A stretch of DNA of 64,000 bases from an uncultured Spirochaetota bacterium (GTDB lineage Bacteria; Spirochaetota; Brevinematia; Brevinematales; JAOACQ01). Numbering within the stretch: the stretch's first letter is position 1; each line of letters opens with the position of its first letter. Under the pieces are notes generated by a model. That model worked only from the letters and a program-made list of their open reading frames with translations, searched no databases and was not told the origin of the DNA. The stretch covers positions 224,001 to 288,000 of the forward strand of contig CAWAOD010000004.1 in the NCBI GenBank assembly GCA_963783575.1. Direction: 5' to 3'. Shown in pieces: positions 33,023 to 42,306 of this stretch. The position numbers were made by a program, and so were the translations under genes.

Positions 33023-34498
33023 TTATTTACTTTCCCGGGGTAGTCTGCTGACTCTCTGCCTGAGAATTTCAATATAATTAATTAGCTGGCTTGCTGGTTT
33101 ATAAACATAAAAATAATTTATCCCGGGGGATTTTTCAACTGATCTTACCTCTTTAAAATTACGAATAAATATTGCCAGTATTATCAGCCTGAGGAAAAAA
33201 GAAAAGATGAATACAACCGTAAAACCATTGAAAATTAAAAAGCTCCAGTTGATTCTTGTCAGAATATCGGCAATAAAACCGCCGGAAACAGCGCCCAGGA
33301 AAGCGCAGGCAGTATTTAGCGTATTAAAATAAGCCATTATTTTTGTAATATTTTCACGCCTTACGGCATCAAAGATAAAATTTGTTGTGGCAAGGTTGAA
33401 TCCGGCCCATAAAAAGCCGCTGAAAGCCTGTACAAGAATAAGTATATAAAAATTTTTGAAAAGCGACCATGAAAGAGCGAGGATTGGTATACCGACTGCC
33501 GTTATGAATAATATCCGGTAATTACCATACTTATCGGAAAGAGGCCCCCAGTAAGTCATAAATATAAAATTTAGAATACTTGCCGTCATTATGATTACAG
33601 TAAACTGGATATAATTAAACCCAAGTGACTTTATTATATATACCGGTATAAGAGAACCGACAAGATTTGTTGCAAAAGTCATGGAAATGCTAAACAGGGT
33701 AAATTTGCCGAAATTTGTCGTTAAAATTTTTGCAAGAAATATACTGAAATGGAATTCCTTTTTTGGAAGTGGTACGCTCATCGGAGGTTCATGCTGATTA
33801 CCAAGGGTATAAAAACTTAAAAACCGTGAAATAAATGCCAGGGTAAAAAGAACCATGTAAGCGGTTAATTCAAGCCCCGATTTTTTTGCAAAATAAAGAC
33901 TAATACCGGCAATTGTGATAGCGATGAACTGTACCGCGCCGACTATTGTATTCCGGAATCCCCAGAAAACACCCCTGAGTTTTTGAGGTACAAGATCATT
34001 CATCCAGGAAAGCCATCCCGGTCCGCCGATGTTTGTGGCGGCTATGCCTATAAAAAAAACAATTATAATAACCCAGGGTTCTTTAATAAATAAACCGGTT
34101 AACACCATGCAGAACCATGACAATGCATGGATCCTGCTTGTAATTATGCTCAGTGTCTTTCTCTTTTTAAACCGGTTGATAAATTTAGCTCCTATGAGCT
34201 GTGGAAATCCTATTCCGAGCTGATACAAACCCTGCAGAATGCCGATCTGGAATACCGAAGCCCCGAATAAAAGTGCAAACGGGACAATGTAATTTTCGGA
34301 AAAACCGAACATTACCGCCCATAAAATAGCGTCAAATATGGAATACATCAGCCCTTTTTCAACATTCTTATCCGTAATCCTGCTAAAAAATTTATTATAA
34401 AAGAATCTTTTCAAAATATTTTTCACAAATACTCCTGATCTTCTATATTCAGTATAAAGCAAAATACAGCAGTTTTCAAGAGAGCTGCGCCGAAACAC
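33023..34498 (-). CDS. MFS transporter
   Basis: W.SWM.DLVP...RG.F.G.R, WG.LSDKYG; true start probably downstream of 34498. Confidence 0.85.
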   Translation of the reverse strand: MFRRSSLENCCILLYTEYRRSGVFVKNILKRFFYNKFFSRITDKNVEKGLMYSIFDAILWAVMFGFSENYIVPFALLFGASVFQIGILQGLYQLGIGFPQLIGAKFINRFKKRKTLSIITSRIHALSWFCMVLTGLFIKEPWVIIIVFFIGIAATNIGGPGWLSWMNDLVPQKLRGVFWGFRNTIVGAVQFIAITIAGISLYFAKKSGLELTAYMVLFTLAFISRFLSFYTLGNQHEPPMSVPLPKKEFHFSIFLAKILTTNFGKFTLFSISMTFATNLVGSLIPVYIIKSLGFNYIQFTVIIMTASILNFIFMTYWGPLSDKYGNYRILFITAVGIPILALSWSLFKNFYILILVQAFSGFLWAGFNLATTNFIFDAVRRENITKIMAYFNTLNTACAFLGAVSGGFIADILTRINWSFLIFNGFTVVFIFSFFLRLIILAIFIRNFKEVRSVEKSPGINYFYVYKPASQLINYIEILRQRVSRLPRESK

Positions 34499-34588
34499 TC
34501 AGGATGGTTTTTAGTCAGTCATAAATTGACATAATTCAGGCTGCTTTTTAGCATATTATACTTTTATAAATGTTATAATATTAAGGAG

Positions 34589-35455
34589 ATGATCATGTTA
34601 AACATACAATCATTAATTCTCGGTATTATTCAGGGATTAACCGAATTTATTCCGATATCCAGCTCAGCGCATTTGATAATAGTCCCATGGCTTTTTAATT
34701 GGAGCGATCCGGCTTTAAACAGTCTTTCGTTTGATGTTGCGCTGCACCTGGGAACGCTGCTCGCTTTAATCGTTTATTTCGCTTCGGATTGGATTAAATT
34801 AATCAGGGCTGGAATTGATAGTATTATCGAGAAAAAGATAGGCGGTGATATGAACCGCCGTCTCGCCTGGTTCCTTGTAATAGGATGCATACCCGGCGGA
34901 ATTGCCGGGTATCTTTTTGAAAGCAAAATTGATGAGATATTTCACTCGGATCCGATACAGCCTTCTTATATGATTGTACTGGGTATTATTATTGTTATTA
35001 TGGGAGCGCTGCTCTTTTTAGCGGAACGGGTTGGGCGCCGCATAAGGAAAATGGAGAACTTATCCCTTCAGGATTCGATATTGATAGGATTTTCACAGGC
35101 TTTTTCAGTTTTTCCGGGAGTATCCCGTTCCGGGGCAACAATTACCGCCGGCCTTTTTCTCGGCCTTGAAAGGGAAGCAGCGGCCCGCTTCTCTTTTCTT
35201 CTTTCAGCTCCTATTATAGCGGGTGCGGGGCTTAAAAGCCTTTTGAAAATTTTTAAAGGCATACATTCGGGGCATATCAAGCATAATGAAATTATGATGT
35301 TTCCGATCGGTTTCCTGGCAGCCGCAGTGAGCGGTTATTTATGCATCAAATTCCTACTCAGGTTTCTGCAGAAGAATAAGGTTGATATTTTCGTATATTA
35401 CCGGTTTATCCTTGCTATAATTGTCATAATAATTGCCTTTCTTCGAATCAAATAA
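34589..35455 (+). CDS. uppP: Undecaprenyl-diphosphatase
   Basis: GIIQGLTEFIPISSSAHL, PGVSRSGATI, AARFSFLL. Confidence 0.96.
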   Translation: MIMLNIQSLILGIIQGLTEFIPISSSAHLIIVPWLFNWSDPALNSLSFDVALHLGTLLALIVYFASDWIKLIRAGIDSIIEKKIGGDMNRRLAWFLVIGCIPGGIAGYLFESKIDEIFHSDPIQPSYMIVLGIIIVIMGALLFLAERVGRRIRKMENLSLQDSILIGFSQAFSVFPGVSRSGATITAGLFLGLEREAAARFSFLLSAPIIAGAGLKSLLKIFKGIHSGHIKHNEIMMFPIGFLAAAVSGYLCIKFLLRFLQKNKVDIFVYYRFILAIIVIIIAFLRIK

Positions 35456-35578
35456 AAGGGCAAAATACTTTAAGTGAAAACCATATCAATTCAATTGTCT
35501 TTCCTTGCAATATTTTATCTCTGTCTTATAATAAATACGGATTAAAAATTCTTTATTAAAAGGAATACTAATCAGGTT

Positions 35579-36895
35579 ATGTTTAAAGATATTTTTAAAA
35601 ACATCTCACCGGCTTTCATTATCATACCGCTTCTTTTGTCCGTTATTGGGCTGGTATTTATATACAGTTCAAGCATTAACCCGGATGGCAGCAATTCCGG
35701 CCAGTTTGTCAAACAGCTGATCTGGATCATTCTGGGGTGTGCAGTCGCATTATTTATTCTCAATATCGATTATTTCCGTCTTGTTGAAACATCTAATTAT
35801 TTTTATATCACCGGGATTGTCCTGCTTATTATTGTGATTATTTTCGGGAAAAATATTAGAGGGCATAAAAGCTGGATGGGGATTGGAGGATTGGGAATCC
35901 AGTTTTCCGAGATTATGAAGGTGGCATATATACTTTTTTTTGCCAAATATCTGGCCAATGCTCCTATAATCGAAAAGAAAATTCAGGTATTTTTCGTTTC
36001 CGTTTTAATTCTTGCCGCTCCTGTCGTTTTTATATTGCTTCAGCCGGATTTCGGATCAACGCTTGTTTACCTGGCAATTTTTCTGGTCATGTCCTATCTT
36101 GGAATGGCGGATGATAAATTTATCAAATATGTGATATTCAGCGGCATATTTAGTTTATTGATGCTGTTCGCTGTAGGTTATTATAAATACTACCTTCGAA
36201 ACGGAGGAACGACCGTTGAAATACTGGAAATACTTCTCAGTTTTAATACTTTTTTTATAATATCGCTGACAATGTTTTTATACAGTGCTTTTGCAATTAT
36301 CATCGACTTTTTCAGGCCAGTCCGGATTGTGAAGACAATATTACCCTATACGCTATGTACCGGAATCACATTTTTAGTATCGTCAATAGCGCTTAAAATA
36401 TTCAAGCCTTATATGTGGAACAGAATTCTCGTAATGATTAGCCCTGAATTTGATAAAAGCGGCGCCGGTTACAACATTATCCAATCCAAAATCGCCATAG
36501 GCTCCGGAGGTTTTTTGGGAAAGGGGCTTTTCCGCGGAACTCAAAATATCCTGGGCTTTTTACCGGAAAAAAATACCGATTTTATTTTTTCAATAATTGG
36601 CGAGGAATTGGGGTTTATTGGAAGCAGTTTGATTGTGGCGATTTTTGTTGCTTATTTCTTTATTATTACCCGTACAATCCAGAACGCCAAGGATAAGGAA
36701 GGAATGCTTGTCGCTAGCGGAATACTGGCACTTTTCTTTATGCATTTATTCATCAACCTTGGAATGACTCTCGGAATAACGCCCGCTACTGGCGTTCCTC
36801 TGCCGTTTATCAGTTACGGCGGCTCTTCTTATATAACCTTCATCTGCGCCGCTGCACTGGTCTGCAATATTTATTCCCGGCGTTTCGTTCATTAA
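35579..36895 (+). CDS. rodA: Rod shape-determining SEDS protein
   Basis: QPDFGS, GYNIIQSKIAIGSGG, PE..TDFIFS..GEE.G, TGVPLPFISYGGSS. Confidence 0.92.
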   Translation: MFKDIFKNISPAFIIIPLLLSVIGLVFIYSSSINPDGSNSGQFVKQLIWIILGCAVALFILNIDYFRLVETSNYFYITGIVLLIIVIIFGKNIRGHKSWMGIGGLGIQFSEIMKVAYILFFAKYLANAPIIEKKIQVFFVSVLILAAPVVFILLQPDFGSTLVYLAIFLVMSYLGMADDKFIKYVIFSGIFSLLMLFAVGYYKYYLRNGGTTVEILEILLSFNTFFIISLTMFLYSAFAIIIDFFRPVRIVKTILPYTLCTGITFLVSSIALKIFKPYMWNRILVMISPEFDKSGAGYNIIQSKIAIGSGGFLGKGLFRGTQNILGFLPEKNTDFIFSIIGEELGFIGSSLIVAIFVAYFFIITRTIQNAKDKEGMLVASGILALFFMHLFINLGMTLGITPATGVPLPFISYGGSSYITFICAAALVCNIYSRRFVH

Positions 36896-36911
36896 GGAAT
36901 ATTCTTTTGAA

Positions 36912-37586
36912 ATGATTAACAAGGAGATTAAATTTATGAGTATTAACAATGAGGCAAACAAAATTCTTGACAACATTATAGAGAAACGCAGAACCGTCAG
37001 ATCATTTAAAACAGATATTCCCGGGAAGGAAATGATTGAAGCGGTCATACATGCCGGTCTATGGGCTCCATATGCAGGATTGGCAGTAACAGGAGATCAG
37101 GATTTCCGTAAATTTTTTGTTATTCAAAACGGAAGTCCCTTATTAACGAAGATAAATCAGCTTCTTAAGCATCAGTCCGTGATTTCGCTTGAACAAATGG
37201 GAAAGGGCTTCAAAGAAAATTCTTTTCTCAGGGAAAAATCAATACGCTTCTTAGACCGGTTGTCTTCTATTGCAGAAAATGGGTTTCCGGAACTTGTGAA
37301 TGCGCCATGTTTAATTATTATTGCGGAGCGAAAAGGTATACCGCCTTCAGAAAAGCAGAGCCTTGCGCATGTTGTTCAAAACATGTGGTTAAAAGCGACG
37401 GTTCTTGGACTCGGGTTAAGGTTGATTTCGATTATAGAAAGTCTTACTGAAAATATGGATTTTTGCAGTCTTCTGGGATTAAAATTAGGTGAATTTGCTT
37501 TTAACGGCTGTATGCTAGGCTACGCTGACCAGGAATCGCAAGCGGGTAAACGTCCCGATGATAAAGAAGTCACAAAATGGCTTTAA
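36912..37586 (+). CDS. Nitroreductase family protein
   Basis: RRTVRSF, QNMWLKAT.LGLG. Confidence 0.88.
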   Translation: MINKEIKFMSINNEANKILDNIIEKRRTVRSFKTDIPGKEMIEAVIHAGLWAPYAGLAVTGDQDFRKFFVIQNGSPLLTKINQLLKHQSVISLEQMGKGFKENSFLREKSIRFLDRLSSIAENGFPELVNAPCLIIIAERKGIPPSEKQSLAHVVQNMWLKATVLGLGLRLISIIESLTENMDFCSLLGLKLGEFAFNGCMLGYADQESQAGKRPDDKEVTKWL

Positions 37587-37655
37587 AAAAAAGTGTACTG
37601 CTAAGAATTGAGCAGCGGGGAATTAACATAGGTCAAGTAGCCTGCCCTGAGCCTG

Positions 37656-39346
37656 CAGACTGTGTGAAAACTCAGTAAAATTTTATAGTAAAATCGATTA
37701 ATTATACAAAAACTCCATTTTTTGATATATTTTTCAAGCTAAAAAAATCTTAGTTTAAAAAATCTATCCGAATACGATAAACGATGGTTTATTAGCATCA
37801 AACCAGAGTCATAAGTCTCTTTATTCCCAATATATTCAATACTTTTATTAAATTATGAATGAATCCTGCCAAACTGGATTCCGTCAGAACGCCATCCTTT
37901 CCCTTCATTAAAAAATAACTGTAACCCATATTCCTTTTTATCGATCCAAATGGATGTTCACATATCTCTTTCCTTTTCTCTATGATCTTTTTCCCGGCTT
38001 CAGAACGAATTTTCCTCTTGAAGTTCTCAATTTCTTCTTTTCTAACTGGTACTTTGATACTTCGTCCTTCCACGCTTTCAGTACACTTATTTCTTACTTC
38101 ACATTGGCTGCATAAGCCGCACTTGTACCTGACTATCTCTTTTCCTCCATTGACCTTCTCTACTTTTTTCCCATTTCTCACTAATGGGTTTCCCTCCGGA
38201 CAATAATAAACATTTTGTCCCGGATCATATTTGAATTTATCAACCTGGTATTCTTCAGCAGGTACTCCTTTATTATCTTCTTTGCCTCGAATCCTTGCCT
38301 TATGTCCGTCATCCGGATTCGGCATATATACGTTATGTCCCTTATCTATACATTCCAGTATCTGCGGTTCGCTGTAATAACCGGCATCCGATACTTTGAC
38401 CGTTTCAGTCTCTACCTTAAGCTCGTCCTTTATTTCTTCTACTCGGTCACACATTCCTGCCATCTGTTTGATATCATTGTTTTCATTCGTCACATCAATC
38501 ACCACAATCAGTTTATTAGCATCATCTACTGCCATCTGCAGATTATATGCAATGTCGGATTTCCCTTTATCATTCATAAACCGGCTTTCCGGGTCATTTG
38601 AATAATATTTCTCCATTTCAGGATTTCCCTCAAAAATCTTTTTAATAGCCTCAACTTTATCCTTTTTTGTTTTCATTTTCTTTAAACGTTCCGCTATCTT
38701 TCCGGAAAGAAATTCAAATTCATTCTTTTCTTCCTTATCGTTCTTATCCATCTCATTCAAATATTCTTCGATCTTTTGATCTATTCTATGTATGATTTCT
38801 TCTATGTTTTTCCTATGATAAACATTGTTATTGTGGTTTTGCGCACTGATCTTGGTTCCATCAATTCCAACAACGTCAAATGATAAAAGCCCGGCTTTAT
38901 GACATATCTTCAAAAATTCTCTGAATATCGACTGTATTCCCTTCTTATTATCTTTCCTGAAGTCGGCAATCGTCTTGAAATCCGGCGCTAGTCGTCCAGT
39001 CAGCCACATCAACTCTGTGTTTCTTCGGCACTCTCTCTCTAATTTCCTGCTTGTCCTGATTTTATTCAAATATCCGTAAATATAGATTTTTAAAAGTATT
39101 TCGGATTTATATGAACTTCTGCCGGTTGATGCTTCTTTTACTTTAAAACCAACTCCTTTCATATTTAGCTTATCAACAAAAATATCTATAAACCTTACCG
39201 GATCTTCTTCTCCTAACAGATCTTCCAGTGTTTCATTGAACAGAACTATCTGATCCCTTGATTCTCCCTCAATATGCTTCATCTTTTACTCCGATTATTT
39301 TTGTTCTAATAATTATAGCATATTTACTGTGTTTTCACACAGTCTG
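37656..39346 (-). mobile_element. IS1182-family insertion sequence
   Basis: 24-bp terminal inverted repeats with one mismatch (CAGACTGTGTGAAAACTCAGTAAA / TTTACTGTGTTTTCACACAGTCTG) around a transposase. Confidence 0.92.
37798..39282 (-). CDS. IS1182-family DDE transposase
   Basis: SRKLER, PDFKTIADFR, IDGTK, YN.Q, DAGY, CP.G, EHPFG.IK. Confidence 0.95.
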   Translation of the reverse strand: MKHIEGESRDQIVLFNETLEDLLGEEDPVRFIDIFVDKLNMKGVGFKVKEASTGRSSYKSEILLKIYIYGYLNKIRTSRKLERECRRNTELMWLTGRLAPDFKTIADFRKDNKKGIQSIFREFLKICHKAGLLSFDVVGIDGTKISAQNHNNNVYHRKNIEEIIHRIDQKIEEYLNEMDKNDKEEKNEFEFLSGKIAERLKKMKTKKDKVEAIKKIFEGNPEMEKYYSNDPESRFMNDKGKSDIAYNLQMAVDDANKLIVVIDVTNENNDIKQMAGMCDRVEEIKDELKVETETVKVSDAGYYSEPQILECIDKGHNVYMPNPDDGHKARIRGKEDNKGVPAEEYQVDKFKYDPGQNVYYCPEGNPLVRNGKKVEKVNGGKEIVRYKCGLCSQCEVRNKCTESVEGRSIKVPVRKEEIENFKRKIRSEAGKKIIEKRKEICEHPFGSIKRNMGYSYFLMKGKDGVLTESSLAGFIHNLIKVLNILGIKRLMTLV

Positions 39347-39366
39347 ACGACGAAGGGGCACGCTTG

Positions 39367-40540
39367 TTAAAATTCTAAACCGGCAAAGAATCCTGGCCAG
39401 AACTGATTCTTGTCATTGCCCATCGGGAACTTATAGCCGGTAATAGGATTAATCGTATTCTGCCGGCCATAGTTTGCCATATAATTGAATGAAATGCCGG
39501 CTATTAATGATAAATGTTCATAAATCGGATATCCGGCAGCTATTCGTATGCTGGAAAGCATTCCGCAGAAATTTGTCGGTGAAGGTGTTGTCAGACCTAT
39601 TGAACTTATAGTACCGTCTATATTCATATATAAATTTTTAAAATCTATGTGGCCGCCCAAACCCCAGGTTACTTTAAAGTACTTATAAGAAGTATCCAAA
39701 CCTACTCCATAGATGTTATAAATATTTTTTGTTCCATGCCTGACGCCGGCATTCACAAAACCCGATTCATCATACCAGGAAAAGCCGTGGGTAAAACCGT
39801 CTTTAACTATGCTGACAAGGCCGATCGGTCCCGTCAATGTCCTGAGAATAATTTACCAAACCCAGCTGTAAACCGCTTGATTTGCCCGCCGACACATTAA
39901 CTAACCCTGCCTGAATTCCGTCAAAATGATTCGCTATATTGACCTCGCCAGCCTGTATGCCTTCCATATCAAATAATAAATTAACTACACCGGTTTGTAT
40001 ATAGTTTACATTACTGGCGATATTGATAACGCCAGCCTGCGCCCATGCCGAGTTGAGTGAAAAATTGATTACGCCGAACTGAGCCCCTTCAATCCCGCCG
40101 GTATAATTAAGGGTTCCTGCTTGAACCCCTTTCATATTTTTAAGTGTCACATTGGCAACGCCGGATCCCTGAAAGCCGTATGTATTTCCGCCCGAAAAGT
40201 TAAGAATATGAGCGCCCTGGAAACCGATAACCTCTTCTCTTTCAATATTAATCATCCCGGCTTCAAATCCCTGAAGTTTTGCCGAATATCCCGCAAGAAT
40301 ATTTATTGAAATAATTTTTATCATATTTCCTTCCGGCATACCGGAAGTACTGATAATTGGAATGAATGAAATATCAAATGGTACGATGATGTAATCTTGC
40401 GTTTTTTTGCTGTCAGCATTTGTATGATTATCATTCTTTGACAGATTGCTGTTAGTTAAAGCAGAAGAGTCCTCAGGCCAGATAATTGCTGAAACACCTG
40501 CCTGGAATAAAACAATCATTAATACAATGAATCTATTCAT
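39367..40540 (-). pseudogene. Exported protein with G.Q.G..N repeats, split by a frameshift into ORFs 39803..40540 and 39367..39837
   Basis: Repeats such as GAQFGVIN and GLQLGLVN continue as PIGLVSIV in another frame at ~39829; terminal Phe. Confidence 0.75.
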
Positions 40541-40564
40541 ATAAAAACTCCTTATAATTTTAAT

Positions 40565-40580
40565 TGCATATAATGTGCCA
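40565..40580 (-). promoter_or_regulatory. Putative sigma54 (-24/-12) promoter
   Basis: Minus strand TGGCAC-ATTAT-ATGCA (GG-N10-GC) upstream of the SD and ATG at 40540. Confidence 0.55.
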
Positions 40581-40799
40581 CATAAATTCGATTTATTATT
40601 TTAAATTATTAGCATACAGTGGAAATATGGTAATTCATTGATATTAAAATAAATATAAATTTAATAAAATCATGATTATTATGAATCACAATGAAGACAA
40701 GAAAAGATTAATAGAAATTTCATCAATAATGATATATCAACAGAGATTGGAAATTAATTTCCGATCCTTGAAGTGTTTTATTGAGGTGAATTTGAAAGT

Positions 40800-41750
40800 T
40801 CATGAAATGGATTTGTTTATTGGTCCGGTCATATGTTTTTTCGCATGAGGTTTTGACACTTTTTGCATTAATATCAAATCCACGGCTTTTTCAGCGGCTT
40901 TTTTCACTTCCGGGCTTGGGTCATCAATCATTTTCTGAAGGATTAACATTACCGCCGGAAGGGTTTTGCTTATATGAGAAGCTGTAAGTCCAAGGCTTCT
41001 GGCGGCTTCCCATCTTACTGCGTCCGAATAATCCGATCCGGTCTTAAGAATCTTTATTATTAAAAATGCCGCTTCTGTCATTTTAAAACCGGAAAGGGAT
41101 CTGATTATCCTCCATATCATTAAATCATTGGCTATAAACCTGCCTGCAGCCTTTTTCAGGGCCTGGAAACCCGAATAGTTCCCTGTCCTTGATGTTAAGC
41201 TGCCCAGGGCATCGATTGCATGGGGGATTTTTAATAATTCATTTGAGTCTATTACTTCAATTAAAGCGTTTATTGCGGTAAAAGAGGCTCGCTTATCGAT
41301 ACCGGCAATAGTTCTCGCGGCAAAATCCCTTATTAGCGGATAACCGGTTTTATTGAAACATTTTTCCGGCAGCCTGTTTTCCTGATTATCACCTATTTTA
41401 CCGAGCAGATTTATCAAGTATGGAACCGCCGGTTCTCCTATATTTTGAAGGGCTTTCGATTGCGCTATACGGCAGTACAAAGATTTCTCATGCTTCATTG
41501 CCTCGCTAAGGGCGGGGATGGATTCCGGGGTTTTCAAACTTCCGAGAATCGCCGCCGCGGCCGTCCTGTGCGGCGCGTATTCATCAGTCAGCAGTTCAAT
41601 CAACCGGTTTAAAGTCATTTTCCTGAACGGTCCTAAATCAATATTCTCAGGTGAACCTCGTTCTATTCTTTTTTTCAGCTTTTTTCCGTCCGAATTATTC
41701 ATACTATTTATGAAATTATGAATTTGGGTATAATCACCGGTAATTCTCAA
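40800..41750 (-). CDS. HEAT/PBS-lyase repeat protein
   Basis: Repeated R..AA..LG motifs; DD.SPEV..AA. Confidence 0.8.
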   Translation of the reverse strand: MRITGDYTQIHNFINSMNNSDGKKLKKRIERGSPENIDLGPFRKMTLNRLIELLTDEYAPHRTAAAAILGSLKTPESIPALSEAMKHEKSLYCRIAQSKALQNIGEPAVPYLINLLGKIGDNQENRLPEKCFNKTGYPLIRDFAARTIAGIDKRASFTAINALIEVIDSNELLKIPHAIDALGSLTSRTGNYSGFQALKKAAGRFIANDLMIWRIIRSLSGFKMTEAAFLIIKILKTGSDYSDAVRWEAARSLGLTASHISKTLPAVMLILQKMIDDPSPEVKKAAEKAVDLILMQKVSKPHAKKHMTGPINKSIS

Positions 41751-41751
41751 A

Positions 41752-42108
41752 TTAAATATTTAATTTCAGGCTTTTCTGAATTTCATCAAGAACAGCCTTT
41801 GCAGAAGGGACATTGTTTATAATAAAAGCGACCTTGGCGCATGGGTAATCGGCGCAGTAAGCGCAGTTTGCATATCCGTTTTTTATGCCGCATTTTCTAA
41901 CCTCGCATATCCTGCAATGGCTGAAAAGAGTGCCGCTGTTTGATGTGCATCCCATACAGTTGATGTCCTCAGGTTTAAAAACATGATTAAACTGCTTTGT
42001 CCACAGTAAGGCCACTTTTTCCCTTTCGTTCTCATCGTTTTTCATTGTCGCCAGATATGTCAAGCATTCGGCGCAGTTTAATCCGCAAAAAGCCGTCATT
42101 CTTTCCAC
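41752..42108 (-). CDS. DUF3795 Cys-rich protein
   Basis: CGLNC.EC, C.GC, C..C..R.C, CA.C..YPC. Confidence 0.85.
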   Translation of the reverse strand: MERMTAFCGLNCAECLTYLATMKNDENEREKVALLWTKQFNHVFKPEDINCMGCTSNSGTLFSHCRICEVRKCGIKNGYANCAYCADYPCAKVAFIINNVPSAKAVLDEIQKSLKLNI

Positions 42109-42200
42109 ATTTATCCTCCGATTTCCATATTTTTGTTTTTTCCGGGAATTCCCAGAAGAATTGCTGCACTCATATCTTTTTCCATAATTTTATACAGATT

Positions 42201-42236
42201 ATTATAATTTGATAATCCTGACAGCAGTATGTCAGG
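42201..42236 (-). promoter_or_regulatory. Palindromic operator CCTGACA-N6-TGTCAGG with a downstream TATAAT
   Basis: Palindrome at 42217-42236; on the minus strand TGTCAG-N11-TATAAT toward the DUF3795 gene. Confidence 0.65.
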
Positions 42237-42306
42237 AATCATAAATTGCAAATTAATAAATTATAAGATAAAATGATTAATATAAATTCGATTTAAGGAA
42301 TAGAAT

